A DNA stretch of 56,263 bases, filler included, from Platydemus manokwari (Eukaryota): the NCBI GenBank assembly GCA_037951405.1. It is 5 parts of 5 records of this genome, joined end to end, with 100 filler letters (N's around TTAATTAATTAA, not from the genome) between each part and the next. Parts side by side here need not be neighbours in the genome. Positions count along the whole stretch, not along the records: positions 22,924 to 35,175 come from JBBMOY010226672.1; positions 35,276 to 45,536 come from JBBMOY011152437.1; 3 more parts are not named here. One strand, 5' to 3'. This document shows positions 27,011 through 39,620 of this stretch, piece by piece. The notes beneath the pieces were generated by a model. The model did not search any database. It was not told the origin of the DNA and was given only the letters and a program-made list of their open reading frames with translations. Each line of letters begins with the position of its first letter. Positions within the stretch are counted from its first letter, which is position 1. The translations under genes and the position numbers were made by a program.

Positions 27011-28409
27011 TGTTTAGAAAAACAAAAAATCATTTCAAGAACCAATTTTGTATCCAATCATCCAGTCAACACAGGTTTTCTATAAAAGTGATGACAACAA
27101 AAGGAATTAGACATGTCGGAATAAATACATATGAAATTGTGTAACATCTAAGTTTGTAATTACGATTTATAATCGATACAATTATTAAATTTAAAGGATT
27201 TATTATTGATTAATTGAAAATAATTAATAAAGTGACTTATTGATTATATTTTATGAAATATAATAAAAATTGAAATTCAATAAAGACATCCAAAATAAGT
27301 ATGTTTTCCAACCAATATCAGTTTGTTTATTTACTAGGACACCTGTGAAATATATTAGGAGATTGAGTAAATATTATTTACAGCAAATAACTATTTGAAC
27401 TGATATGGTCGGTATCAAGATGCTTATATTGAATGACTTGAATTTTTAATTAATTTGTGTAATGATTCTGATAAATCTTGATTTAATCTTATACGGACAT
27501 GTTTGTAAGCAATGTTTAAAAGCTATTTGTATATAATGATGGGAATTCCATCAATAATTTTGGGTGGATTCTATACAATCGTTCAAGCCGATACATGTAT
27601 TAATCATACCAGTATCAGTATTTTATAATCCCAATTCTTTTAATATACCATTTGTTATACGTTCGTAATGTTTTTGCAGCCATTTTTATATTTTCCTGCG
27701 TATGACATCAATAAAATTAAATACTGCAAGTGAAGCGAGAGAAAACAATAAACACTTTCGTAAATCAACAATAAATTATACAGCTGCTTCTTTTGCCAAC
27801 ACTTTTTTGTTTCTATATTCTCTGTTGAATTATTCGGTTGATTCCATTATTTTTGTGACTTCCAACAGCTTATCAAAGGTTGACTTAAAATAAGATAAAC
27901 AACAATTGTCATGATTCTTTTGTTTTTATAATGTCTGGTCTTTTCACTTTACAGAACTTATGAAGAAAATTATCAACAATTCACTCTTTCAAATGATCTC
28001 ATTGATGATGGACAAAATATTCTTGTCGATTATTCAATTTCTTACATAAATGGATGGTCTCACATATAAGTACATAATAACAAATGGATATTATCTGTGA
28101 GTGAGTAGGAAAGAATCTGACAAATATCGATTCAGATACATTTCTGTGGCTTTTCCTTTAAATTGTACAGTTTAATTTTAGTGAAAATAAATTTGTATGA
28201 AATAGATTTCATTCTTAACAAAAAAAATTAAACAATTCTTCACTCTCATTTAGAGTTGATCATGATTTTAGGTATAATTTATGAGTTCATTTGATCCACT
28301 TAATTAAATACTAGTTTCAATCTGTTATTATTGAATCCCTTATATTTGATTGGTTAAAAATTTTGATTTGTACTTTGGTATATACAAGATCATGTTATAA
28401 AATCATGAA

Positions 28410-29272
28410 CAGAAATATGCTACAACAGAAAAATAAGCATGGGTAATAGTATTTTCAGTTAAATATTTTCGACACTATTTATGTGAAAGAAAAATGATTC
28501 TCTACAACGATCATAGTCCATCACAATGGCTATTAAAGCATAGATAATCAGCCAATAACCTGATCCGTTAGGTATTTATACTTAAAAAATTTTATGGTGA
28601 AATCAAAGACCGAACAGGAAGAAATACTTCAAGATGAAGGAGAAATTAAAGAAGAATTACAAGATGCTATAATGTTAAAACAAATACGACAATCCTTACT
28701 ATAACAATAGGAAATTGAGTACTCGAAGTAATACAAAACAGATGTGAAGAGCCAAAAAGAGTTCCGGGATCCCCAATGAAGCATTCTCCAAAAAGATAGT
28801 TTTCAAAGAAAGGTAGCTAGAAGATGAGAAAATTAAAATATTAACGTAGAAGGACCTACTCGGCACTAAAAGTTAAATGGATGATCTATGTGACTAATTA
28901 AGTAATTATAAAGATAATAAAGTGAAATTATTGTTAATTCTCAAGGCAGAACAAAAATAATTGTTATTGCAAAAATATGATCGATCGACAAGGATAATGT
29001 TTCAAAGATTGAAAAGAAATTATTGGTGAACAGAAATAAAAGACAATGTAAGAAAGTGATTCGAAATATGCGAAATATGTCGAACACAACGGAATACAGG
29101 ATCAAAAACAATACAGTCAAACATACATAATTCCTACACCAATGGAATTTACAGAGATGGATATTATGGAACTATTACCAGAAACAACTAAAGAAAACCG
29201 ATACTATTTTGTATTTTGTGATTACTTCATGCGCTGGCCAAAAGCTTTTGCAATGCCACATCAAAAAGCACC
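28410..29272 (+). mobile_element. Highly decayed Gypsy family A-like RNaseH/integrase fragment
   Basis: Homology to 10230-11040: EK*AWVIVFSVKYFRHYL; MDIMELLPETTKENRYYFVFCDYFMRWPKAFAMPHQKA versus MDIVGPFPETVNGNKYIIVFCDYLTKWPNAFAIKNQKA. Confidence 0.8.
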
Positions 29273-29954
29273 CAAAAGATAAATTTTTTGTTAGAAATCT
29301 AAATTAAGAGTGAAATGTTAATATCGATTTGTCTGTGTTTCTAAAAATTTGCTTTGTAAATCTAAATCCCATAAATAAGCATCGATGTCAACAAATTTAC
29401 ATTCGAAATAAGATATACCTAATTTTTAATAACTTTTAATTAAACATTTTTAATATTTCTTGAAATAAATCAAGATTTTCTTTATTCATGCTTGAATAAT
29501 ATTGGGTAAATACGTGTAAAATTGATTTTCAAATGAGATATTTTGAAATGAAATAAAATTTTATATAAGACATGCACGAGGAAAATATAGATTTATTAAT
29601 TATTAAGTTTAAAATTAATTAGTGGCAATATTTCAGAACTAAAAAACGACAATGATTATAGCTAGACCACTTCTTAATCTTTTAATTCCAAGTATTTACA
29701 TTCATTTTCTAATTCTAATTCATTTTCTAATTCTTATATAAAATAAATATCATTCTGTTTTTCCAAACAAATATTATAAGCAATCGACGGAAAATCATGT
29801 GGTTCATAATTAAATAATTTAAAATTATTTTAAAAATGTTATTTATTCATCTAATAAAGAAATTTTAAAATAATTTTGTTTAAAGTTAAAATTCTGAACA
29901 TTATAATAAGTCCATATAATAAGGCTTCCTTATCTTCAAATTAAATAAATTTCG

Positions 29955-32182
29955 GGCTAAATGAAGTAGTAAAAACATAATTTGTTTCCTTTAATATTTT
30001 ATTTGCTTTAAAAATCACACACATTTGTTTTTTTAATATTTAAACAAATCTCATTTTTTGTCTAACAAAATCGGAGCTGTGCATAATTGTTCCTTTAGGT
30101 TTTTAAAACTTTCCTCACACTCTGTACCTCACTCCAATTTCTTGTCACTTCCAGTCATCATCGCATTTAACGGAGCAATAAGTAATGCGAAGTCCATGAT
30201 AATTCTTCTGTAATAATTACATAATCATAGGATCGACTTCAACTGAGTGATACAAACAGGTTTTATTGCTTCTTTAATCTTCTTTATTTTATCGTCATTA
30301 GTTTCTATACCTTCTGTACTAATCATATGACCCAGGACATTCAATTTTCTAGTGCAAAACGTGCATTTCCCTGGATATTTTCAAACCTGATGATTTAAAT
30401 AACCTAAATACCTTGTCCAATTTCTCAATATGTTCCTCTTCCGTTCTTACACACACTGAAATATCATCCAGACAAACAAGAACGCTTTTGTAAATCAAAT
30501 CCTTGAATAGGATATTCATTAGACTCTGAAACGTTGCTGGTGCAGCACATAATCCAAAGGTAGTTTGTTAAAACAGAACTGACTTGTTCAAGTGCTAAAC
30601 CCCGTTTTCATTTTATAATCTTCCTAATGTTCGACCTGATAATATGCTTGGTCTAAATTTATCGTGCAGAAAACTGTCGCTCTATACACCGAGTCCAATA
30701 ACTTTTGAATATCAGGTACCCGTAGAGAAAACTTCTCAGTCTATTCGTTTAATTTTCTTAATTTCCTGATTGATCCATCTTTCTTAGGAATTAAGGACCA
30801 AAGGAGAGTTCTAAGGGCTTTTGCAAGGTGTTATAACATTACTTTTCAGAAGATTTTCTATCAATTATTGAATTTTGGTTTCTAAATCTATTAGATGCCT
30901 TCTATGGTTTTGAGCAATAGGTTCCCTTTTTGTACAGATCTCGTGCTACACCAAATCCGATAGTATCAAATCGAACAGAGACGCCATAAAAATTGAGCCA
31001 TACACCTATTCAATGAAATATCGTTCTTATCAACATAACTTTTCAGTGCCATTTCGATTATGTCAAAAATATTGGGATCCTTATTTTCTCTATACACGAT
31101 TTGTGTGTAAAATACACCAGATAATTGAACATCATATTATTTAATCTGCGGCTCTCCAATGCGCTCCAATTCATTACTGTTATTGATGCACCAGAATCCC
31201 ATAATATTTCAATATGTATTTTGTTACACTTAATTTGCTACACTGTCTACTGCTTTCTGATAGATTTGTGAATGCTTCATTTTCCTCTTTCCGTCTTTTT
31301 CTTTACCTCTATACTACCTCTAGCTGGTATATGTCATATTGACTTAACCCCACTGACGAGATAGGAGGTTGATTTCTTTTATTTTTCTTCACTATCACCT
31401 GCTTCACTTTCGGTTTGAATATTGACTTCATCTTCGTCACTTATGCACAGTAGGCTTTCTGTTAAATGAAATTTTCTGAAAGAATGTTCTTCTGTTCCGA
31501 ATATCGAACTTTTATTCCGCATTGGACATTCAAACTTCCGGTGTCCAAGCTCACCACAGCAAAGAGTTCCTGATTTTAAATTACCACCACGTGGTGTGGG
31601 TTTTCCTCTACAATCTTTGTAAAATTTAGAAGCAATGATCTTAATTGATCTTGTTGGTGTCTCATTGTTTGGAGATTCAATGCGATCAACTGATGCATGA
31701 TGACATTCCTTTACATCGAAATCTCTTTCCTGCATGATTGGACTTTGAACGATGTCTCCTTCTGAAAGGTTTTTCTTAGGTCACTTCGAAGTAGCTTTAA
31801 TGGCCTTTGTCAGCGTAAATATTTTAAAATGGACAGCTTGTTCTCTTCTTCTATCATCGAACATTGCAGGTTCGAGAGTAAAAGACTCTTTCAATTTCTT
31901 GCTATTTAGACCTTGTAGAATAAATAGTCTTCAAATTTCTTGAAGAGTTTTTATCTTATCCAACATCTCCAAAACTAGCTTCTTTACCTGAAGTTCAAAA
32001 CTGCGAAATTTTTCATCTGGTCTTTGTTGGATTGCTGCCAAATCCTGAACCTTGCTGTGTACTGTTTTGGCATGTGAAAATCTTTTCAAAAACCATTTTC
32101 AATTTCTTCATTTGAAACAGCCTCATTGAAATTGCTGAATTCTTGCCACAGTTGTTTGGGGTCATCTCTCAACAATGCAGGC
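29955..32182 (-). mobile_element. Ty3/Gypsy family B, copy 2 (gag-PR-RT, joined directly to the 3' LTR start)
   Basis: Nucleotide homology to 14480-16120 (e.g. CTGTGGCAAGAATTCAGCA, TTTCAAATGAAGAAATTG, TTATGGGATTCTGGTGCATCAATAACAGTAATGAA). Motifs: CCGELGHRKFECP, FGLCAAPATFQSLMN, LVCLDDI. TGTTAGA..AATGAGA.TTGTTT at 30067 matches sequence from 17238 onward. Confidence 0.9.
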
Positions 32183-35175
32183 CATTTCGAACAAACTAAA
32201 TAATTATCAATTATAAATATTAAAATAAAAGTTATAAAATAATAATTAGCTAAATGAATTAAAATTGCAAAAAATGAAATTTATAGCTGCTTAAATGCAT
32301 TAAAAACCAAATTGTTTATCTGACCTCAATGCCATGATAAATCTCATCAATAAGTATTTTTAGTAAATACGTCAGTTCTATTAACTGTAATTATAAACTA
32401 AATTTAGAACTGACATGTAAATGCTTTAAAAATAGTAACAAATATAAGCAAACTGGTTAATCACTTATACAAAGCACACAAAACACTATAAAATCATTTG
32501 TATATGATCAGGTGAAGCACAATTTTACAATCACAATTTCTGACAAGCAAAATTTCAAGATTATTTCATTAATTCTGTTCAATTGTTCAAGATCATTTAT
32601 TTCGGAAAAGTTATTGTTTTAATTACATTTATCAGACATATTTAGATCCTCATATCCTGCTTATTCGAATTATTATTTCTATATGACAATGAGTAAATTT
32701 TTCCTTGTTATTTCAGTTAATTCAAGACCCACGGCTAATTTTAGCCCTATGGTCCTTTAAAACCTTTAAGTCACTGTTGTTTGGCTCATCACTTTCCTTT
32801 TTGTTTTAGAGGTTTGTCGGACTACCCAGTGGCACGCATTTTACTGTTTTCTTTAATATGTATTCATCTTTAGTGATGTAATAGTGTTATGATAACTGAG
32901 AATATTCTGTTGTAATCGAATTATTTACACATTTGATATTTTATCATTCGTATTTTAAATATTATTTACTACTTCAAAGAGTGGTAAATTACAAAATCAA
33001 CCTTTTTTGTGAAGTCCAGATATTTTAAAGATGATATTAAAATATTATTATATAGAATCAATCAAAATTCATCTGATATGAACCAAACATGCCAATCAAA
33101 GGATAATACGATGGTATTCAAATTATCTTGCACAGCCTTAACCTAAAAGCAGCCGAAGACGAAATAATTCGTTAATCAATATGTTTTTGCAAATTGTTCA
33201 CCTGGAATTCCAGTTTAAAATTACTCTATAAATTACAAGCGAAAAAATATTTAACAAATTTTATAAAAGAGTGAATACAAATAAAAATAATTATCAAAAA
33301 GGTTGAATGTTGCCAACTAGAAAATATTATGGGTGAACATCAAATATTTTTTTGATACTCACAGGTTATGACTTCTAATCTCAGACTACTTCCTATGAAG
33401 AGTCAAAATAATTCTTTTAATTTTACTTTATGATGTTAAAAATTATATTATATCTGAAGATTTGATTGATATTTTCATATTGCGTATTAAGATATTTATT
33501 AAATAAATTATTAATTCATATATATATATATATAATTATTTACTCCTTTCTCAATTCTTGAAAAGAATAAGACTAGGTCACCAGACAACAAACAATTAAC
33601 ACTCGTTAACTAACCAGTCAGAAATTTTTTCTAAACCGTAACAAATAATTACTTTGATAAATGAATAATTTACAGTTTACAATTCAGAAAAAAACTCATG
33701 TAAGCATAAATTATTTTTAAATAATACATTGTTGCAAATGTATTTTATTCATTATATATTGTCAAAACAAACACATTAAATAAAGTTTTTGTAATTATGA
33801 AAATAATTATACAAATAATTCGTATTTTAAAAGAGGATAATAATGATAATTAATACAGGTGATTCATGTTAAATAAAATCAGTCGAAATAGCCAAAATAT
33901 TCCAGACAACTTACTGATTACTCAAAGTGCCGATATTTGATGAGTTAATATAATTTGTTCTTGTGATTAAGTGCGTATGTTTGATGTAATGAATTTTCTA
34001 ATAATGATTAATTATAATCTTTGAGAGTACATAAAAATTGAATATTTTTTATAATCGTTTGTGATAAATTCAAATTTATTAACGAATTTTAATGGGACAA
34101 TCTCGAAATATCGGATCGTAAAGCTTGAAAGACTGCCGCGTAGAAGAGATCCTAAAATAATTATAAAAAAGTTGTGGAAAGGTAAAAATACAATTCAATT
34201 TGATTATATTTTTTTGTAATTTGTGTTTATTTTATTTTTAATAAACTTATTTTATAAATTCTATTAATATACTTGTTTTAATAATTATGAATTAACTGAT
34301 TTTATTCTATTCATTATTTGTTGAAACCAAACAGTCATATAGTTAAATCAACAAACTCATATTTGATGGACATTTAAAAACTAATAAATCAATCTAACCT
34401 ATAACCAAACATACACGCCTCGGTATTAAATAATGTTGAGTACAGTGCACATTTTAATAAAATTGAATGTCTAATTGAATAAAAATAAACAAAAGCAATC
34501 CCACAAATTAATATTCACAAATTTCATTTTAACTTAATTCATTGTTGTCTTTTATTTTTCCAATTTCTAACTATTAATCATTTACATTTTTTTAATGTTT
34601 TTCATGAACTAGTTTCATTGTTTATCCACATCAATTTATTTAATTTTGTGCATTTCGATACGAATGACAGTTTTATACAATGACGTTTTGCTTAGAAAAA
34701 ATTTGGCACGAAAAAATGAATTTTATAATCAATTATTTGTGATTGCATGAATTTTCATTAATATTAATGTACAAAAAGGAGATCCTTAGTTTTTTAATTA
34801 TGATGGTATATACTTATTTTTATATTTGGATTAAATTTCAAAAAAAGGAAAAATGGTTTTTAACTTACCATTAAAATATTTAATTTTAGATAAATACTTG
34901 GTGATTGTCAGATTAAACGTGATTAACCTATGAAAAGTTATGTTTGCTTAATTTTTGTTCAATGAAGCTCTTTGGGTATTGAAATCAAAAAGTTTAGTAT
35001 GCTTTTATACTCTTGAAAACATGGATTAACAAAATTTGTTGTCAAGCTTCAAATTTATTTTTAATACTGATTTGTAAAAAACATTGTTGTCTTATTTTTA
35101 TGATTGGCATTTTAATACAAGTTGATTACTATATTGGCAACAATTTCATGCTACATGGATATAATGTATATAACG

Positions 35176-35275
35176 NNNNNNNNNNNNNNNNNNNNNNNNN
35201 NNNNNNNNNNNNNNNNNNNTTAATTAATTAANNNNNNNNNNNNNNNNNNNNNNNNNNNNNNNNNNNNNNNNNNNN
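35176..35275. other. Artificial contig linker
   Basis: Same N44-TTAATTAATTAA-N44 spacer. Confidence 0.97.
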
Positions 35276-35544
35276 TAACTTCCGATGGACATTACTTTGG
35301 ATAACAGAATTGTACAAGATTTTCTTTAATAAACACTCAATTGTTCTAAAAATATTCCGGTTTTTAAGTTATAGACCCAATACTAGAATTTCAAATGCGA
35401 TTGAATTTGATATATATGTTATTCATTTTGTTTTACAAATCTCCACGCTTAAAGATATAATCGTGATAGCTATTTTTAAATGATAAATTTAATTTTCAAA
35501 ATTTCCAACAACCAAAACATTATAGAATAAAAGTACGAATGAAT

Positions 35545-36054
35545 TTAAAAATTACTTTTGACGACGATAAAGAAAAATTGTCCTGCTACGCGTCTCAAAT
35601 GAATGGCTTCATAAAAAAATATTCTCATATTTATCGAACAAATAAGAGTACAACATTTTCCTGGAAGAAAATAAAATGTTTGGTTTAGTGCATTTATCTC
35701 GGCTAAACATTTTCTTTGCGTTCTTACAATTTGGTAAAACAAAAATCCTTTGGGCATCACGAATGAGAACGCATAATTCATATCCGTGAAAAGGATTATC
35801 GGATTGTGTGGGTCGTTGCTTTTTGGATTCATAAAACAGTCATAGTCTGAAGAAAGATAATTTCGATTGTATAATTTGTATTATTAATATATCAATTTTT
35901 AAAAGCAAATAATATGGGAAAATGTAAAAGTCTGATCAGTTGCAAATGGATAAATGATATTGAAAAAAATTATAGTTCTTTCTGGTATTGTTGATACACA
36001 ATAGTTCAGGCAAGAAAAAGTGTTAATTATCTCAAAAATACACAAATACTTAGC

Positions 36055-36098
<44 letters not shown>

Positions 36099-37310
36099 AT
36101 TCGAAATAAAATTATGAATTCACTTAACTCCTACTTTCCAACCTAACGTTCAGAGAATAGCGCGATTTATATAAATATATGACTGCCTTTCTGTCGGTAT
36201 GATATTTCTTGTCCAGATATCTAAAATATTTCTAGGTTAAATTATGGAATGTCGTGAATAAAAGCACAAGAAAGAAAGTTAGAATATCCGATATAATTAT
36301 TATTAATATTTTATAACACACTCCTCCGAATTCTTGAAACGAAACTACAAACAGTTCTTTGAAAGAAAATCAAAATATCTGAAATTGAAATCTGATCAAA
36401 TTTTCACGGATATTTGGCCCGTACGTATTTCACTAAAAGACGTCGGACTAATAATCGTTTCACAACAATATATTGACAAAATATGCTACTCACTAATTAC
36501 ATTTAGAATATGAAAACTTTTTTCATATATCCAAAATTCATCGTGAAAATTGACAGTGTATGAAAACGTTGCATTGCATCCACATGGACAGCATTTTGTA
36601 ATATTAATTTTAAAGATGATGTATGAAGAATTGAATGACACGTCTGTACATTCGGGTAATGATGATGATACTCGTCGAATAATTGGTATCTTGATCGATC
36701 GAAAATATACTGAATCATAAGACCGATAGAATTTTATCACTTGCATAGAAGTAACTCCAGTCAGTGCATCTTCATCTGGGTCATTTTCGAAAAACATCGG
36801 GTCTACATAATTAAATAAGAACAACAGTTTAAAATTAACTGATCACAAAATTACAATCTTTAAAAAATATTCTTTCACAATTATTCACAACAGTAATGAC
36901 TTCAAAACCTTTCTCTGTTAAACACCATTGACCAGTCTTATCAAATACCTTATAGATATTCACATTTGATAATGCAATTTTCCCAATACAGACCGCTTGG
37001 AATTCACAGGGATTCTCAAATGAAATATTGCTTGGTGGTACTAATTTATTTAGACAAATACCTTCTGAATATCGGATATCAGTTAATGAGAAAAAGAATT
37101 TGGTAGAATTTACAGACAAAAATCGGATATTAAAATCAATGACGACATCGTCGAAATGAAATATTGGAACAAAATTGATTTCCATTCGAAATCGATGTGA
37201 TGGAACATGATCTTTATAGGTCACCATCCACACACATAAAGTTTTACAATTGCCTTCATTGATCAATCCAATGAATCGAATACCATTTTTCAGTTTTGTG
37301 TTTACACAAT
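35545..37310 (-). CDS. Spliced Cys-rich, probably extracellular mosaic protein (divergent EGF/CUB/C-type-lectin-like modules); start exon not identified
   Basis: Exons 37310-36840, 36802-36494 and 35846-35545 join in frame. A 37-nt GT..AG intron links the two ORF-track ORFs, a GTGAGT donor lies at 36493, and all junctions are phase 1. Motifs: NCKTLCVWMV, NPCEFQAVC, YKVFDKTGQWCLTEKGFEVITVVNNCERIF, YFLPGKCC. Confidence 0.55.
36055..36098 (+). repeat. Compound (AT)n(GT)n microsatellite
   Basis: Read directly. Confidence 0.95.
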
Positions 37311-37399
37311 CTAAATAAGAAAATAGCCTATATCATCTTGTTGGACAACTACAATAAGAATAGCTGTTTATTATCTCTGAGGATATCTAAAATTGACTT

Positions 37400-39620
37400 A
37401 TAAAATTAAAAAAATAAGAAGATCGTAGGAAATTTAATTGAATTTTACAATAATATGCATATTATTTATTTTATTTAAAATATCAGTTATTAAAATCAAA
37501 ACAAAGTTTTTAAAAAAATTTTAATTAATTTGTCTAAAAATACAATTTTGGATTCTGAATTTGATGATTTCTAAAATTAATAATCAATTAATCAACGCTA
37601 TTAACATGGCGACCACGTACTTGCAACAGATCCTGAGTAGACTAGAACCGGCAACACATTATAAGGAAGACGACGAGGAACAATTCATAAAAATACAGAA
37701 GTTTCGAAGATAAAGAAGCTTGTCAGAGTGTTGGTTGAATTCTGAGAAAAGAAGAAAGAAGTGAACACAGTAGGATTAGATGGGTGAATATCAAGAAGGA
37801 GAACAATCCAAAAATTAAGGAAATTAGAACATATTAAAACTGCCGAAAATCGGATGATATAGCAAGGAATTATTACATGTTATGCATGAAATAAAAAAGG
37901 ACATATAACCAGATATTTTCCAATTTTTATCAACTGTAACAGATGTCAATAGAGAGGATACCACGAAAGCAAACGTTATAAAAATCTTGATAAAAGAAGC
38001 GATATCATTAAAATGCACATTTAAGTCAGATAAAGAAGGAAAAAAGACAGAAGAAAGAAGAAAACCGAGAAGCAAGAATGCAGAGAGTTGCAAATTATGA
38101 AAACACAAATGAAACAAAAAGAAAACAATAAGAAAATGGAAATAGCAGAGAATCATTAGGAAATGGTGAAATTAGGGATTGAAAACTATAAAGAGTAACC
38201 AAATACAACTTTTCAACCTCATCAGTGTAGATATATTAATATTTATAATATAAGTCATTTATATAAAATTAAGACAAATAAACTAGACAACGTAAAGAAT
38301 GTAAAGTATCAAAGAAAGGACAGCAAAGAATAAATAGCGGATAGCAACATTGCCAAAATAGAACGAAAATTACAATGATAAGTTAGAAACAATAAAGAGA
38401 ATAGAGAGACGAGAAAATGAAAAGGATATTAACAATCAAGAAGCTCAAAAACTCCAAAATCTCATATGATAAAATGAAAGAAAAACCAAGTACAACTATA
38501 AAGATTCAGAAAAATTGAAACGTCTATTAGATTCACAAGAGAGGATAAACCTCATAAGTATAAAAATACTGGAAAATTTGAAATAAATAAATATAGGGTA
38601 CAACAGAGTAAAAGTTGCATTGTGAAAATGATAGCAAACAGAAGTTCGTTTTCAATTCGTGATTTATGAAACGTAAGATGGTTTATCATAAACGGTAGTC
38701 CACCAAGAAATAAATAAAAATAAAATAATGTTTCCCGGAATCTATACGTTTTTGAATTGGGATTGAAAATGAAACAGCAAATACATTGCATTGAGCTTGT
38801 AAGTTAAAAAGTTTATAAGTAAAAATTTAGAAGTACCAAATAAAAATTTGATAACGAATGTTGTATCTGATACAAACGTTTCGAATAAGACAATTATCAA
38901 ATGATTTGATCTTCGTTTGAACAGCTGGAAAATTTTATTTTAAAATATCTTTTCAAACGAGGAGGTTTTAAGTATTGTTGAATGAACACTTGTGATGATG
39001 CTGACTCCCAAGATGGAGACCGTATCACGAATTGGTTCAGAAAAGTGCAATGAATTAAATACAACAACGGTACGAGAAAGCTCTTAGAAAATTGGAGAAA
39101 ATAAAATGGCTTGTAAATACGAAGAGTTAAATAAAAATACCCTCAAACATGTTCAGGATTTGAAGAAATTTTCATTACATTCATGGAACAATATGGAGAT
39201 CTAACTGAAGAAGCGAGATGGCGACAACAAATCCGATGAGACGATTTGACATGTAAAATGAATAGAATAAATACAAATGTCAATAATGTGGTTACAATTG
39301 ATGAGACAAGAAAATGGAAAAAGTTTGCTATTCCAAAAGAAATAAAATAATATAAACAATATGATAATATCCAATTCATGATACCCTAAACAATAAACTC
39401 AACGTGGAAAAATAGACTGATTGTCGAATTCATAAGCAGAAGGACCAACTATTGGCGAATACGCATCAAGGCCAACATATCTGATCAAACCCAAATATTT
39501 AAAGCCCGATAAATTTACTGGAAGAACATTAAAAGAAAACCAGGCCACGGCTAATACTGCCGAGCGCATTATAAAAGTGAGATATAAATATTTACATGAC
39601 ATATTCTCAACATTTTTGAA
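37400..39620 (+). mobile_element. Heavily decayed LTR retrotransposon remnant (third family)
   Basis: PBS-like site at 37607, then purine-rich gag-like sequence, an RNaseH-like EARWRQQI (~39210) and an integrase-like QATANTAERII (~39545). Boundaries are approximate. Confidence 0.45.
37607..37617 (+). promoter_or_regulatory. Putative LTR primer-binding site, tRNA-Arg(UCG) type
   Basis: ...TTAACA (LTR-end-like CA) is immediately followed by TGGCGACCACG, which is complementary to the CGUGGUCG-CCA 3' end typical of eukaryotic tRNA-Arg(UCG). Confidence 0.55.

Noticed and set aside
27500-28150. Possible decayed DNA-transposase ORF on the minus strand
   Set aside because: Many stops and no diagnostic motif I can name with confidence.
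38200-38232. Hammerhead-ribozyme-like core on the minus strand (ctaca CTGATGAG gtt GAAA)
   Set aside because: Stems II and III are too short to form and there is no properly placed cleavage triplet; a chance match is likely.
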